A DNA stretch of 64,000 nucleotides from Dimorphilus gyrociliatus (GCA_904063045.1 CAJFCJ010000009.1:2542968-2606967); one strand, 5' to 3'; counted from the first letter of the stretch, positions 21,764-45,697 are shown. Translations and numbers: made by a program. The notes: generated from the sequence alone by a model not told the origin.

Positions 21764-23432
21764 GAATTTGTTATGATTAATTAATTAATTAATTAATTAT
21801 CTTATTAGGTAATACCTTTATGTGTAATATTTCAAGTAAGTAAAAGTTTTTAAAGAAACACTTTAAAATATATTTCTATGTTTAAATTATAGAAATATTA
21901 TTTGCTAGAAAAGGAGAAGGGAAATTTTATATAATTTATCCAAAACAATCAAAAATCTCTATGACAAAAGATACAATTCCCTATGATTCTATATCATCGA
22001 TAAATATGACATACAACGGTGGTTATTTTAAAATGGCTTTACGTGTAGCAGAAAGTGAAAAAGACTTTAAGGACAACTCTTACAGACTTATTGATAACGT
22101 GAATATTGAAAATTTGACTGATCGTGTTAGAAGTGGAAACGATTCATATGTACAATTTAAAATCGGTTCATATATCATCTACTTGACGTTAAAAGTAATT
22201 TGATTAATTTAATAATTATACATATATAAACTGTACAAACATAATTTATTTATTAAAATCAAGGTCTCTTGCCTTGGTCATCGATTTGGAAATCACTGCT
22301 CTTGTTTTGGTAGAGAAAGAAACGATTTAATATGTCTGAAAAATAGTACAGTATTATGTAAATCAACTGGAAAACCTTATACATATATCGAAAAGAAGTG
22401 CATAGATACTAGAAAATCTCCATTAATGATAGCAACGACAGCGGTTTATACGCAATTTGCAAACTTTTCTAAATGTTCTAAACCGGGTGCATGTAAGTTA
22501 GAAGCAACAGTTTATTGTCTAAGGTTATTTAATAGATACGATGAAGTTTGTGCGGAATATCTCTTTATTCCCGATAAGAAGGTGGCTGGAAAATATATTG
22601 TTGAAACGTATAGATTTGTTAATTATCATATTGGAAGTAGAAAATACGTGAATATCTTTATGGAGATGGAACTTTTCGAAAAGCCTTACGAAACATTTAT
22701 CCAAACTGATTCAATTGATCGATTATATTCTATTGAAAAATTAAGGAAAAATCCAATAATGACAATTTTAAGTGTAGATCGTAAAATTTTTGTTACGTTT
22801 AAATTTAAGGTATGCAAATGATGTTATTCTTGAATTTATTCCCTTAATTCAGCCTATATCTTCTTAATCTAGTTTTTTTGCTCAAAAACCTTTCCTTTTG
22901 CAAGTTTTGGTAGAGATTGCCAATGTATCGGTAAGAAAAAGTATGGAATGAAATGTTTAGAAAATGGTACTATTGTCTGCGAAAAAGGATACTACGATTC
23001 GTCGTTTCATTCTTGTACAGATAAGCCTGAATTTCACGAAGAAATTCAATTTACCGATAAAAAGACAAATTTTCGAGGTAAGATAAATCTAAAAACGAAA
23101 GTAGGAAAACTATTTCTCTTTAGTTCTTCTCTATTTTATATTTAGAAATTGGCAAGACAACAGAAAAGTTTATGAGACAGAAGAAACTAAAACAAAAAAC
23201 CCATTTAATAAAAGCATTTGTTTATATTTCACCAACTTTTTTTATCATTATATCAATTTGTGGGTTAATTTATTATCTAAAGAGACATAAGAAGAGGTCA
23301 AGAAAACTATCTGAAATATCCTCAAGTCAATACTCTAATCAATCATATAGTAGTTTATCGTATATTGGTTCATCCTTTCAACCAAAATATCATTTTAATG
23401 GGAGAAAGTCTACTCTAGGCTACGAATACTAG
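21574..23432 (+). CDS. Single-pass membrane protein with two DSL (Delta/Serrate/LAG-2)-like Cys modules and no EGF repeats
   Basis: Signal peptide MIKYYITSMIIIYNIYFSS. Two 6-Cys modules: C-LGHRFG-NHC-SC-x9-C-x7-C...C and C...SFG-RDC-QC-x9-C-LENGTIV-C-EKGY...C, each preceded by a ~100-aa beta-type segment. TM FFIIISICGLIYYL, then a basic stop-transfer. About 6 exons. Confidence 0.62.
21721..21760. repeat. (AT)n microsatellite, intronic
   Basis: Direct reading; one interruption. Confidence 0.9.
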
Positions 23433-23871
23433 AGAGACTGATTATATTGTTTAGTTATTGTTGAAAGAGTTTTTACTAGATAAAAGAATAAAGGTTATTA
23501 AATATATAAATCCATTAATGACAAACAATAACCGTGTTGAACAAACTCTTAAAAACTACACAAGAAAAGCTATATTTGCGTGCGGAATTGCAAATCTAAT
23601 CGGCATATTTCTTTAATCAAGAGAAACTGTCACTGTTCTTTTCCGTAAAATTTATAAACTCATTAATCAACATCGTTATAAAAGAAGGCGATTCGTCTAG
23701 ATTAACAACTGAGGATTGTTGAACAGTGATGTAAAGATGGAAACTTGAAAAATAGTTGCTTTTTATTAAAAGTATAAGAAAAGTATTGAGAATGAATTTA
23801 GTATAAAATCTTAATATGTTTGAAGTAGTAATTTATGAATTTAAAGTATTCTTCACATAGTCATTAACTTA

Positions 23872-25303
23872 TTAATTTGAAAAGTCATTGGCAGTTAAAT
23901 CTATAGTCATCTGATAAGAGGATTTCTGTTCTAGCTCTGTTAATTCTGTATCTGTTCCTTTCCAACATAAATAGTCTAATATAGAACTAAATATATTTAG
24001 AAAAAGCATTAAAACTATTGAAACGATGAATATTACAGCTATAAGATTACTATAATTCGTTAAAGAAGGTAGTAATAGTGGGATTTTTGTAGGACCTGGA
24101 CAATTTGATTCTAATTTCCATTTGATAAAACGCTTTCTATCATTAATGTATCTCTCTACATGAATAGTTCGGCTGTATCCGCTAATCTGTTGGCATATGT
24201 TTCTGTTTCTACTGGAAATCTCTCCGTGATAGGAACTTAATTTTAAATTATTCATAGAAGGACAATACGTTTGATTGTTATCCCATATAAATACAACATT
24301 TGAGAAATTTCCTCTGCAATACATTTGTAAGTCTTTGATAAATTGACAATTTTCCATAATATGAAAGACTATCGAATTAATTTCAAGATCACTATGACGA
24401 TTTGCATAAATTTAAATAAACACTATTATAAAGTGTTTTAAATAATGAAAATTAAGGTAAAAATCTATTTTTCGTCACAGTTTTCTTAGTTTTATCATCC
24501 AATTGGAAATAGAAGCATTGTTCATAAAATTAAAATCAATAAATCCTTCAATAAGAACTTTTGAAAGTGAATGAAATGTAAATTTTCTAAAGAATCCCGT
24601 ATTGAATATTGCGTATGGAAGATAGACATTTTCCTTAGGGAAGATTTTCAAATTATCTTCAACTTTCCATATACCGTTGAAATTACAGTTAGAAAAGATG
24701 GAAAATAGTTCTAATGGTTTTAAACAAAGAGAACTATCCGCTTTATATTCAATTAATATATTATTAACAGTTATATTATTCTTTATACAAATTAGTGGTT
24801 TTATATTCAAATAATTAAATTCCAAAGAGAATTTCACAATATACGGCTGAATTCTGATACTTAAAACTTCAATATTCATTTTAAAACAGTTTACAAAGTC
24901 TATTTTCGGTTTTAAAATACCGTTAGACATATCGTTAGTTGTTGAAAATACAACCGTCATTAAACTTTCCTCTGTATTTATCAATACATTACTACAATCT
25001 ATTTCAAAGTTCTTTGAATTGAAACAATTGGAATTGCTTTTATAATCACTAGAATTCTTTAAATTCTTACATTTAATTAATAATGAATCAGAGAATCTGC
25101 TAAAAAAAATTTACAATATTTCGTTAATTGAATAACTTTTTTAGTTTTTTTAATCAGAGTTTATACTTGATTGAATATGCTTTGCAAATAATCAATTTTG
25201 GAGAGTATATTAAACAGATCTGAGCAGTATTTTCAAGTTTTGCATAGCATCTATATTTAAGAAATAAGATTGTATAAATTATCAGAATAGATCCTTTTTT
25301 CAT
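23872..25303 (-). CDS. Orphan type I membrane protein (3 exons)
   Basis: Signal peptide MKKGSILIIYTILFLKYRCYA at 25303, spliced in frame to ORFs 24475..24984 and 23872..24357. TM LIAVIFIVSIVLMLFLNIF. No family recognised. Confidence 0.55.
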
Positions 25304-25858
25304 TTTTATAATGTAATAATATCTTAATATTCAAAAATTTAAAAACTAATAGAAACTAGGTCTATGTCTATTTTACTTTTGAATTATATTCTCTTTTATA
25401 CTTGCTAGTGCTAAACAATACTATTTAAAAGAGAATAAGAAACTTTTATCCATTAAGAGATTGGATGAATGAATTACGCATAATTTTCAATGTTTTTTAT
25501 TAAATTTTATAACTTAATTTAAAGTATAAAATTTATTTATTAACGTAGTTTCGTAATCTTTATTTTATACTAGTTTATTGAATTATTGTTTATTATTTAA
25601 AAACTTTTTCAATGAAAAATAAAAGTTTTCATAAAAATCGAATGAAAAAATCATTATTTCGATTCTAACGCTGATTAAATTTAATATTTAATTTTATAAT
25701 AACCATTAATATCTAAAGTAATTCCAATTTCTGGAAAGTTGAATCATTCTACATACACTTAACCCGATCATTTGCTTTATTTATTTATTGCGGAACTATT
25801 GCAACGTTGACATTTTATGAATAATAGCCTAAACTACAATCTTTGATTAATATTAACG

Positions 25859-26423
25859 ATGGCTTTTGGTACAACACAAAGGAAAAATTTAGGAGGTTGT
25901 TATCTCAAAATATATACTATATTGATTTCCTAGTAATATTTCCCCCTCAAATCAGTTAATATTTTCGTGCGGTTTTTTAATTTCGATTATATTTTTTCAT
26001 CAAACAGGTACTGATATCATTGAACAGAAAAACGAAGAATTGACTAACAGTCTCCATGAAAAGGTTAAAAATCTCAAGCAGGTATGTAAAAATGTGTTTT
26101 TGATAAGATTCTTCAATAAAATGTAACAAACGTAATAGAAAACTTTTTCCATAGGTGTCTATAATGATGGGAGATGAAATTAAAAGACAAAATACTTTTC
26201 TTAATGATTTGGTAATAATAGAATTACTTAATATATATATATAATAAGAAGTAAATACTCTTTTCAGACTAATGTCTTTGATAATTCAGATGGATTTTTA
26301 AGATCAACTATTAACCGGGTTACAAAATTAGCAAACTCTGGTCATAACAGATATATCTGGTATTTATTATTGTTTTGCCTATTCGTTTTCTTTCTCATAT
26401 GGATTCTTCTAAAGTTTAAATGA
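25859..26423 (+). CDS. BET1: BET1-like Qc-SNARE
   Basis: Spliced: MAFGTDIIEQKNEELTNSLHEKVKNLKQVSIMMGDEIKRQNTFLNDL...GFLRSTINRVTKL...IWYLLLFCLFVFFLIWILLKFK*. SNARE coiled coil plus C-terminal TM. Not in the ORF track because the exons are short. Confidence 0.85.
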
Positions 26424-27417
26424 TTAAATTATTCAATAATAGCTAATTACTGTTTTGTTGTTAAAATATTATAAGAATCTATCAACATATGGCTGTTTAT
26501 GTTTATAGAGCTAACCGAAAAGAGGTTCTATTATCGTTCATGCTTAAAAAGTTTATTAAATTGTTGTATCTACCAGATTTACTATAAATTGAAAAGAAGA
26601 GAATGGAAAGTTTGTATAATTTGTAATAAAAATATTAACTCTTTTATTATTGTTTTGTTTTATTTGTTCTTAAAATTGTATTATTTTTTTCTTATTCCTG
26701 CAGAATAAAAATGTTCTATTCTATTTAATTTTGTGATAAAATATCAAACATTATCAAAAGATATTTTCTTTTAAGTAATATGTGAACTTTGGAAGTTATT
26801 TGATTTTTCTTTTATTACGAAAGTATAAAATTCTTTCATGTCTCGATCGCTCGCCTTCTTATTATCTTATCGTTAAATAAAGATCTTTTTTATCATTTCA
26901 GCTTCTAACAAAATGACATATAATGAAAGTAAACTTTTATGCGACATAGCATAACCTCAAGTATCATTATTTCTTTAACGATACATCGTGTATCGGTGTA
27001 AATTATTTCGTCTTATCACGTTCTCGTACTTAACATACGTATATTAGATTTATTGATATCGTTACTCCTAGGTCATTCATACACGAAGGAACTATACTTT
27101 CTTTTTTGTTTTCTACTTTCCGTCAATATGGCAGTTTAATGTAAAACTATTGATATGCAAGTTGCGACGTTTGATCAGAGAAAGGGTGACTACTTTTTAA
27201 TATAACCATGATACGAGCGTGTGTACTATACTTGATCAAGTGCTAAAGTATCCTGGTTATCTCTTCAAGTATTTAGTTCATTCACCGAAAGATTTTTGAC
27301 TAGAACAGCTGACTTTAACCATACCTTACATACCATTACTAGAGGTGAAGGTCAATTACTCTAAAAGTCCTCTCGTATTTCTGGAATAATATGGATATGC
27401 ACTTTTAGATATCCAAA

Positions 27418-29740
27418 ATGGCGGAGGACAGGACGACAAAGGCGGAAAATTCGAGAATTTTTGATCATTTCTCAGCTATAAACGAACACCCTGTTGACGA
27501 TATATCACTAGAATTCTTCTACAAGCCTCACACAATTACACTTCTTACGGTATCAATTGCCGGTTTACTGTACACAGCATTTACAAGGTTAGGTATCATA
27601 TCTATCACGTGTGTTTCTCTCTGGAAGATGCTCTAGAGAAAATCAATACTCTTTGTAATTAATATGTTATAATATAGTATAGTCACGACTATAAATATTA
27701 TTTGATTAATGTTATAAACTATCTTATGTATATCCTTGTATTTGACCGGATCTAGTGATTTTTATATGAGACATATAACTCAATTAATACCTCTTCCTAC
27801 AGCGAAACGGGGTAAGCAAATTAGCATAAAGTTAGTTCTTCATAAATAGGAGCACTAAAAACAAATATATGCTTTTGAAAACAAAATTAGAAGTCTTTAA
27901 TGAAATTCCTATGTCATTGGAACATAATATAATAGAACGCTACGTTTTTCCTATCGGTGAAAAAAAACAAGAAAAAGTTCTCGCAAAATATCGATAAATA
28001 TAAACAAATAACGGAGTATTGTTCCTCGAATAGAAACGCCACAACGGCGTTAAATTCCCAAACGTCATTTAGTTCGATGAGGTTTCGCTGTTATTACCGA
28101 AAGTTTTAACTGCTCGTTCAGGTTACCCACTTGTCATATTTAGTATACACGATGTTTTTCGATGTATTTAAGTACGTGTGCTTGTATTTGAGCCATTATT
28201 TATTTTTCATTTTCTTAAGAAATATTTGTTTTTCTTATTATGTTTTTTTCTCTAATAGGGAAGATGCCAGCTCACAAAGTAATATTTGGAATGGATTGTG
28301 CTGTGTATTCTTTTTTTTTCTAATAATAAGCGTTTTGGCATTTCCAAATGGTAAGTTTTGTATAGAAAACACGATCATGTCAAACTTACACTAACTTCGT
28401 ACAAAGTTAAATAATTAATGAAGTAAAAGAATAGCTATTCTTTTTATTATTATTGCTAATTAAATATTGTTTTATTCGCAGGTCCATTTACAAGGCCCCA
28501 TCCTGCGATATGGCGAATAGTATTTGGTAATTATTAAAAAGAATTAATAGTTAAAGTTTTAAACTAATTGTTTCTTTTTCTACGTCAATCAGGTATAAGT
28601 GTTATATACTTTTTATTGTTAGTTTTCGTCCTTTTTCAAAATTTGAATGACGTTAAGTTAATGATACACTGGGTTGCTCCTGATTTAAAAAGTTATACGT
28701 TAGATGAGAAGGAGTATGCTATCAATTGCTCGCAAATTACTTTGGCGAGACTATGGTCCCATTGTGATGTTTTTGCTGTTGCCCATTTCTGGGGATGGGC
28801 ATTGAAAGCTCTTCTCATTAGACATTATGGAATTTGCTGGACAATATCAGTTACCTGGGAAGTTACAGAAATGGCATTTGCTCATTTACTACCAAATTTT
28901 AATGAATGTTGGTGGGATGCATTTATTTTGGATGTAATAGTGTGTAATGGTCTAGGAATTTGGCTAGGAATGGTCATATGTAGAACTCTAGAAATGAGAA
29001 ATTATCATTGGGAAAGCATAAAAGATATCCATTCGACAACGGGTAAAATTAGAAGAGCTGTTATGCAATTTACACCAGCAAGTTGGACACATGTAAGATG
29101 GTTGGATCCGAATTGTACTTACATGCGATTTATATCAGTTGCCATATTGGTCGTTGTATGGCAATTTGTAGAATTAAATAGTTTCTTCCTTAAACATATA
29201 TTTGTTATTGGAACCGATCATCCATTGACCGTTGGTCGGGTTCTATTAATTGCACTCGTAGGAGGGCCATCATTAAGACAGTATTATACCTATACAACGG
29301 ATACTCAGTGTAAAAGATTGGGAACACAATGTTGGGTTTTCATTGCCATAACTCTTTGCGAAGCCATAATTTGCTTAAAGTTTGGTTTAGAAATATTTAA
29401 ACAAACAGAAATTAGTTATTTAATTTATTGGTTAACATTTTTAGTAAGTATTTTAATTATACACCCAAATATTATATTCCAAGCTTATCTTTAATTTTTC
29501 GTATAGTTGCTGAGTAGTATAATTTGCGTCTACTTTTGTGCGATTATCGCTAAAAGATCTCGTGACAAGGTAGGTTTTATTACCACTATCTCTTAAAACT
29601 TTTCACATCACGAAACATCGTTTATTTTTTTTTTATTTTTGTTTTTTTACGTACAGAGATTCGAAATAGAGAGAATGCAGAATGGTAAAACAACTTTAAA
29701 CAATGAAACGCCAAATGGAGTTCACGATCACCAGGAATAA
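27418..29740 (+). CDS. PTDSS1: Phosphatidylserine synthase (base-exchange type)
   Basis: [69 protein letters not shown]. About 6 exons. Confidence 0.92.
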
Positions 29741-30021
29741 ACTAAATGATAAAAAACGAAAAATTAATAGACAAATTATGAAAGACTTAAACCCTTTCCT
29801 CTCCCATTAACCTTCCCCCTCTCCCTCCCCCCACAAAAAAAGAGAAAAAAAATTAATATATCGAAAAATAAGTATTGTGTTTTCTTCAAAGGAACGATGA
29901 GTCTAATCAAGAAACTTTGCGTTTTTTATATATCTTTTTGTGTGATAATTCATTTCAACCTAGGTACTAAATCGAATTTGTTTTTGATATTATTTGCTAG
30001 AAAAGAAAGAAATATTGAATG

Positions 30022-30086
30022 AATATATATATATGTATAAATATATATATTGTATATATATATATATATATGTTTATATTTATATA
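30022..30086. repeat. Interrupted (AT)n microsatellite
   Basis: Direct reading; 3' of PTDSS1. Confidence 0.85.
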
Positions 30087-31269
30087 CTAAAAAAAGCTTT
30101 TATATGTTTTTTCTGGACTAAGCCTGGTGCTCTTAACTGCCGAAAAAAAGAGAAGAAAAAAATATTTGTTAGACTATTTTGTTCTTGAAAAGGAAATGTT
30201 AAATCATTAGAAATGGAAAAATGAAAAATTAGACAATATTAAACAACTAATAAAGAAAAAAAACTCGACCTGTTTCACTTTTCATCTCATGAATAATATG
30301 AATTCAGTTAATTTTTAACCGTAACACGTGTTATAGAACGTTTTTTTTTTCAGCTAGCTAATAATAAAAAGGCCTAGTTTAATGGAATTGTTATAAAAAC
30401 TAGGTGCCGTTTTAGCACAAGTGTTTGAATCGGTCTAACCGGGTTGACTGTAAATTGCTTCATTTTGTGTTCAATTGCCAATAAATTATAATAAAAAAAA
30501 TTAAATAAAGAGGAAATTTTCAACATAAAATTCTGTAAGTTATCTTCCCTAACTTCTCTTTATATCTTCTCCTTGTGCTTTTAGTCGATCAGTTCGTCTA
30601 ATTCTCTCTACACTCGGTAAGTTAAATAACTTTTAAATGCTTTTAATTATTCAATTTTGATAGGCATAATCGGATTAAAGTTTAAGTATTTGCATTAAAA
30701 ACTTATCTTAATTGATACATTTTCTCTTGCATAATCTATCATCAACGGAAGATAAGCGATTCATTAAGATAGCTGATATCCATATTTTCCTCTCTTTTAG
30801 CAAAGAATATATACCTACGTGGAATATTCTTTACATCTAGTTTTAAAACGTAACCACATAAAAAGCCAAATGCCGCAAAAGCATCTGTTACCTGTTTGCG
30901 GTCGACATCCCTGGTGCTGTGGAGGAAATCTTGCAGACGTTGATTGCAACGATATGGGCCGGGAAAACAAGAGTAAGATTTATCAAACAAAATAGAAGGC
31001 TGGTGATAGGGTTAAGGGTTAGGACAGGTTGCCCTATATGTTTGTATATAGAGAACAATATTTTAATAATTTCGTCACGATACTGTTATAAAGCTCTGCT
31101 TGTGTACGGGTGCAAATCTCTTTGTAAATTCATTATGCACGATCACGATGAGGAAAAGGTAAAGTACAAGAGGGAATGTAGGGGAATAACAGACTCTCGA
31201 ACGGGGGTGGAATTTATCTTTTATTTTAATAGTCACTTTTTCTTCGGATTGACTTGAAGGGTGAACGGC

Positions 31270-34015
31270 ATGGACAACTTCGATACAGGACAATTAAACG
31301 TTACTGTACGAACTAAAAATCATTCTCCTCCTTCAGAGTTGGTTGTTACCACTTGTAAAGTTGATCATGAAACCGTTGTCAGAATCGACCGTATTCCAGC
31401 CGATATGATCGACTATTCAAAAGTCGCCCATGCGGCTAGCGGACCATATACTGGGATTTATATTAATAAACCTACTTCTAGCGGTAAATTGATTTGAAAT
31501 TTTCTATAGAAAAGAAGCTTAGTCATTTGACTTTCTTTATTTTTATCTTATCTCCTTTAGAAACACTCAAATACGTTGAGAAGTATCATCAACGATTCAA
31601 GTTTGTAGCTTACCTTTCTCCAAAGCAGAAAAAGGATTCTAATGAGCATAAAGAGTCTAGAGAGGTTCGACTTTGGTTTAGTGATCTTCTACCTTTCGAA
31701 ATGAGAAAGGAAAAGGGCAGAGAATTCTTTAATAAGTTAACAACCCCTGAAACTTTTCCTAAAGAATACGCCTATTTCATTCGGAGAACCCTTTTATTAA
31801 CCCATTTAAGAGATTTTATCGATAGTGTTGAATTACACTTCCGACCATATAGGGCTGTAGTGAACAAGCCACCACCAACTCCAAAAACAGAGGAGGTTAA
31901 ATTGCCCCCACCTAAGCCACCGAAAGAAGAGCAATTCGTTTCAACTGCAATTATGCATGTCCAAGAGTGCCCTATAGTTGAAACAGCCCAATTAATAACC
32001 ACCGAGGAGCCGAAGCCGAGTCCTATCTTGTCTACTATTGGTAAGTACATAATTGGATACTTAGAGAACTTAAGATGTTTTAATTACCGCAACTTGTTAT
32101 AGAGAACTTTATTACCGTTTTGACGCCTGCCGTCTATGATTACCAGTACCTAACGGAAGTTGCAGTTTCCGGTAAAACATCTATTGGATTTCGTGTAAAA
32201 GCGAAGGCTGGTGCTTACGTTGCCCTTTCATCTGTCTACGGAGATACTTTACGTAAGACTTATGAAGTGGTCATTGGCACTGAGAATAACACTAGATGCG
32301 AAATAAGATATGGCGGACAAGGTCCCATAATGACGGAAAGTGTGACCTATAACATACTAGATCAGTATAATTTTAAAGATTTCTGGATATCTTGGGGAGG
32401 TAATAGGCTAGTGGTTGGAGAAGGAAGAGAAATGACTGAATCTTCTGAATTGATTTCTTGGGCGATTGCTGATAAATACAGACATTCGATCAATTGCTTA
32501 TCTGTATCCACCGATAAAAATTCAGAAGGTACTTGGGAATTTGTGGAAATGATTGACACTAGACCAAAGGATGATAGTCAAAGACGAGCAGCAGTTCTTA
32601 GTAAGATGCGCCTCCTTCTTCTATGGTTTGCTAAGAAACAACGAATGTTACAAATTCTAGAAGATGCTTTCCCAGACACTTTAACTACGGACGAGCTACT
32701 TATGTAAGCTAATCAATACGTTGTTTAAATACTCCCTGAAAAATTCGATAATCCATACCTATATGCTTTAAATAGAACTTGCAAAGTCAAGCAAAGTGAC
32801 GTCATGCAAGCTATTGTTTTTCTAAAAGAACTGCAAAAGAAAAGGCTTATAAATGAAGTATTAGAGAATTCTGGAAATTGGATTCGTATACCTACTACCT
32901 CGGGCTTAGATGCTAGAAGTAGTCATGGTTCGTATAGGACAAATCCAAATGCGGGGAAGGGGGTGGGAAGGGGAAGTGCAAAATATACACTATATATAAA
33001 TATATATATATTTGTTTTTTGTTTAACAGAAATAAGATTCGTTAGCCATTTACCTGCCTTTGATATAACTGAAAGCCCTACTGTAGCCATCATAACAACT
33101 TATTATTGCGAAAAAGTGGCCGTAGATGCTATGATGGATCATAAGATGTCTTTTATTGTAAATGGAGACAATGAATCAAGCGTCTTTACAATCGGTAAAA
33201 TAGGAGAGTTGATCGTTGTTGCTACGAAACTATCCAGAAGCGCAACTCTGGCTGGAGAACGTTGTATGATTTCGGACGGTAATGCAACAGCCCGTCTTCT
33301 CTTAACTTTTAATAGATTAGAACATGTACTTGTTGTGGGAGTTGGCGGAGGTGTACCGTCTTTCTGCTCGTGGATGCAACACGTTAGACGTGGAGACGTT
33401 GTCGTGTCAGTAAACGATAGAGCCAAGGATGCTTATTTGCACTGCGTAAAAATTGATAGTGATCCTTCCGGTTTCACTTATAATACTATAGCGTGGAGAC
33501 CCCAGCACGGATCCCTATCGGCGTGCCTATCCCGTATTCGACATTCTGATCAAAACAAAGATTGGAAAGAATCCATTTCACGTGGTCTTGAGCTTTTGCA
33601 AGCGGAGGAAAGTAGCTTCCATAAACCTGAACTCAAGAGCGATAAATTGTTTGCTATTGATGACGATGCTCTTGTTCAAGTTGAGCATCCGGATCCACAT
33701 GATCAGTCTATGTGGAACCAAAATTCAGTTAAATACGGATCGATAGCGTCTGGAAAATATATTCCCTATAATTTCCAGCTACGCATGGACTTTGGTATGA
33801 GATACGGCATTAAAGCGTTCGATCAGAACTTGGAAGCAGTTCTAGACTCTCTAGAGGGTTCGCAAGCCAATAGTTGGGCGGTTATAAGAGGTATTTCAGA
33901 TTATGCCGATGGAACAACCGATAAAGTTTGGCAGCCATACGCATCATTAGCAGCTGCAGCATACGCAAGAGCAGCAATTTTAGCTCTATCTTCTAAGACA
34001 ATCAGAGAATTTTAA
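31270..34015 (+). CDS. Fusion protein: unknown N-terminal domain, FaMeT-like (Methyltransf_FA) beta domain, winged-helix, and nucleoside phosphorylase (PNP_UDP/MTA-SAH nucleosidase-like) domain
   Basis: FaMeT-like: IGFRVKAKAGAYVALS...YEVVIGTENNTRCEIR...FKDFWISW. Winged-helix-like: MLQILEDAFPDTLTTDELL...FLKELQKKRLI...NWIR. PNP: VAIITTYYCE, VLVVGVGGGVP...RRGDVVVS, IRGISDYAD...WQPYASLAAAAYAR. The 5' end is uncertain, with possible exons at ~30870-30971. Confidence 0.75.
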
Positions 34016-34099
34016 AATATCTTATCAAAACAAAAAAAAACAAAAAAAAACCCACCCTTTAAACAAATCTTAATATTAATATTATTAGTCTTTGAAGAC

Positions 34100-34140
34100 A
34101 GAAGAAGAAGAAGAAGAATAAGAAGAAGAATAAGAGAAGA
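34100..34140. repeat. (GAA)n-rich simple repeat
   Basis: Direct reading: agaagaagaagaagaagaataagaagaagaataag. Confidence 0.85.
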
Positions 34141-34389
34141 TAGATTCCTTTCGCCAACTTAGATTATGATTCTTTTGTTTTTTTTTTTGTGAAGTAGATT
34201 CTCTTTTCCTTTTTTTTTTCGCTTCCATTTTTATTTTTCACCAAAATACACTAAATCACCAACTAAAAATTACTTTATTTTGATTAATAATTCAATAGAA
34301 ATACAATATTTATCTTAATCAAAATGTATTTTGTGTATATTTACTATTCTATCTTTCTAGTACGAATATGACGCGCTGTGTAGAGGGAA

Positions 34390-34393
<4 letters not shown>

Positions 34394-34430
<37 letters not shown>
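34394..34430. repeat. (AT)n microsatellite
   Basis: Direct reading; lies between convergent genes. Confidence 0.92.
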
Positions 34431-34433
<3 letters not shown>

Positions 34434-35248
34434 GTTTAGCAGGATCTCGTAATTAGGTCAAAAAAATCAATTAATTGATTAACATGATTAAAAATATGGA
34501 TCATGTTCAATTGTAATATATATATATAGTCTATCTGTATGTTCGTGCGTGCTTAAAGGCATATCTATAATTCTATAATTCTTCAATTTATTCTCTCTCT
34601 CTCTCTTTCTCTAGCAGACAAAATACAGTTTATATTAAACTATACTATAACTAAGCATCATTATAATCTCTTAATGATGAAAGAAGAGAAGAAAAAAGAC
34701 AATATCATATTATCATAAAAATCTTGCAGTGAGTATAGCCCTTCATTTCCTTGTTTTGAAACAAAACAAATAAAATATAATCAGTTTTTATAAACGATAT
34801 GAATAAATTAAAATAATGAATATGCATATATTAGATTTTCGTCCATACATCTTCCGGAAGGTCAAAAACAAACTTTTTCCCCAGTTGTGATAAGTCTTTA
34901 AATACGTACTAGAATTGTTGTAATTAATTATTTAAATTAATTATTCTTCATAGCCCTATATACTGTATTTCTTTTAACCAAACATAGCATTCACAGAAGC
35001 TCCCTATAAAAATTATATAATCTAATTAATATACATTTAATAATATTAAATATTCATGATGTTTTTATATCCAGTTTTTAATAAAAATAAAAAGAAAATT
35101 TTACAGGCGCAACTTAGGGAAAGAAATTAATTAGCAGAGCATAAAATGAAATGAAAAGGAAAGTTGCGTGAACAAATTATCGGGTTTAGGTTGGGGAAGG
35201 GATGGCAAACTTTACTTTCCTTAAGTATATACATATTAAAAGGTTAAT

Positions 35249-45697
<10,449 letters not shown>

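Noticed and set aside
28068-28125. Hammerhead-ribozyme-like string (cGATGAggt...accGAAA) in a PTDSS1 intron
   Set aside because: The core is UCGAUGA rather than CUGAUGA, the cleavage triplet would end in G, and stem I does not pair.
30742-31293. Overlapping short ORFs on both strands upstream of the PNP fusion
   Set aside because: No recognisable product; at most they contain 5' exons of the fusion gene, which I could not splice unambiguously.
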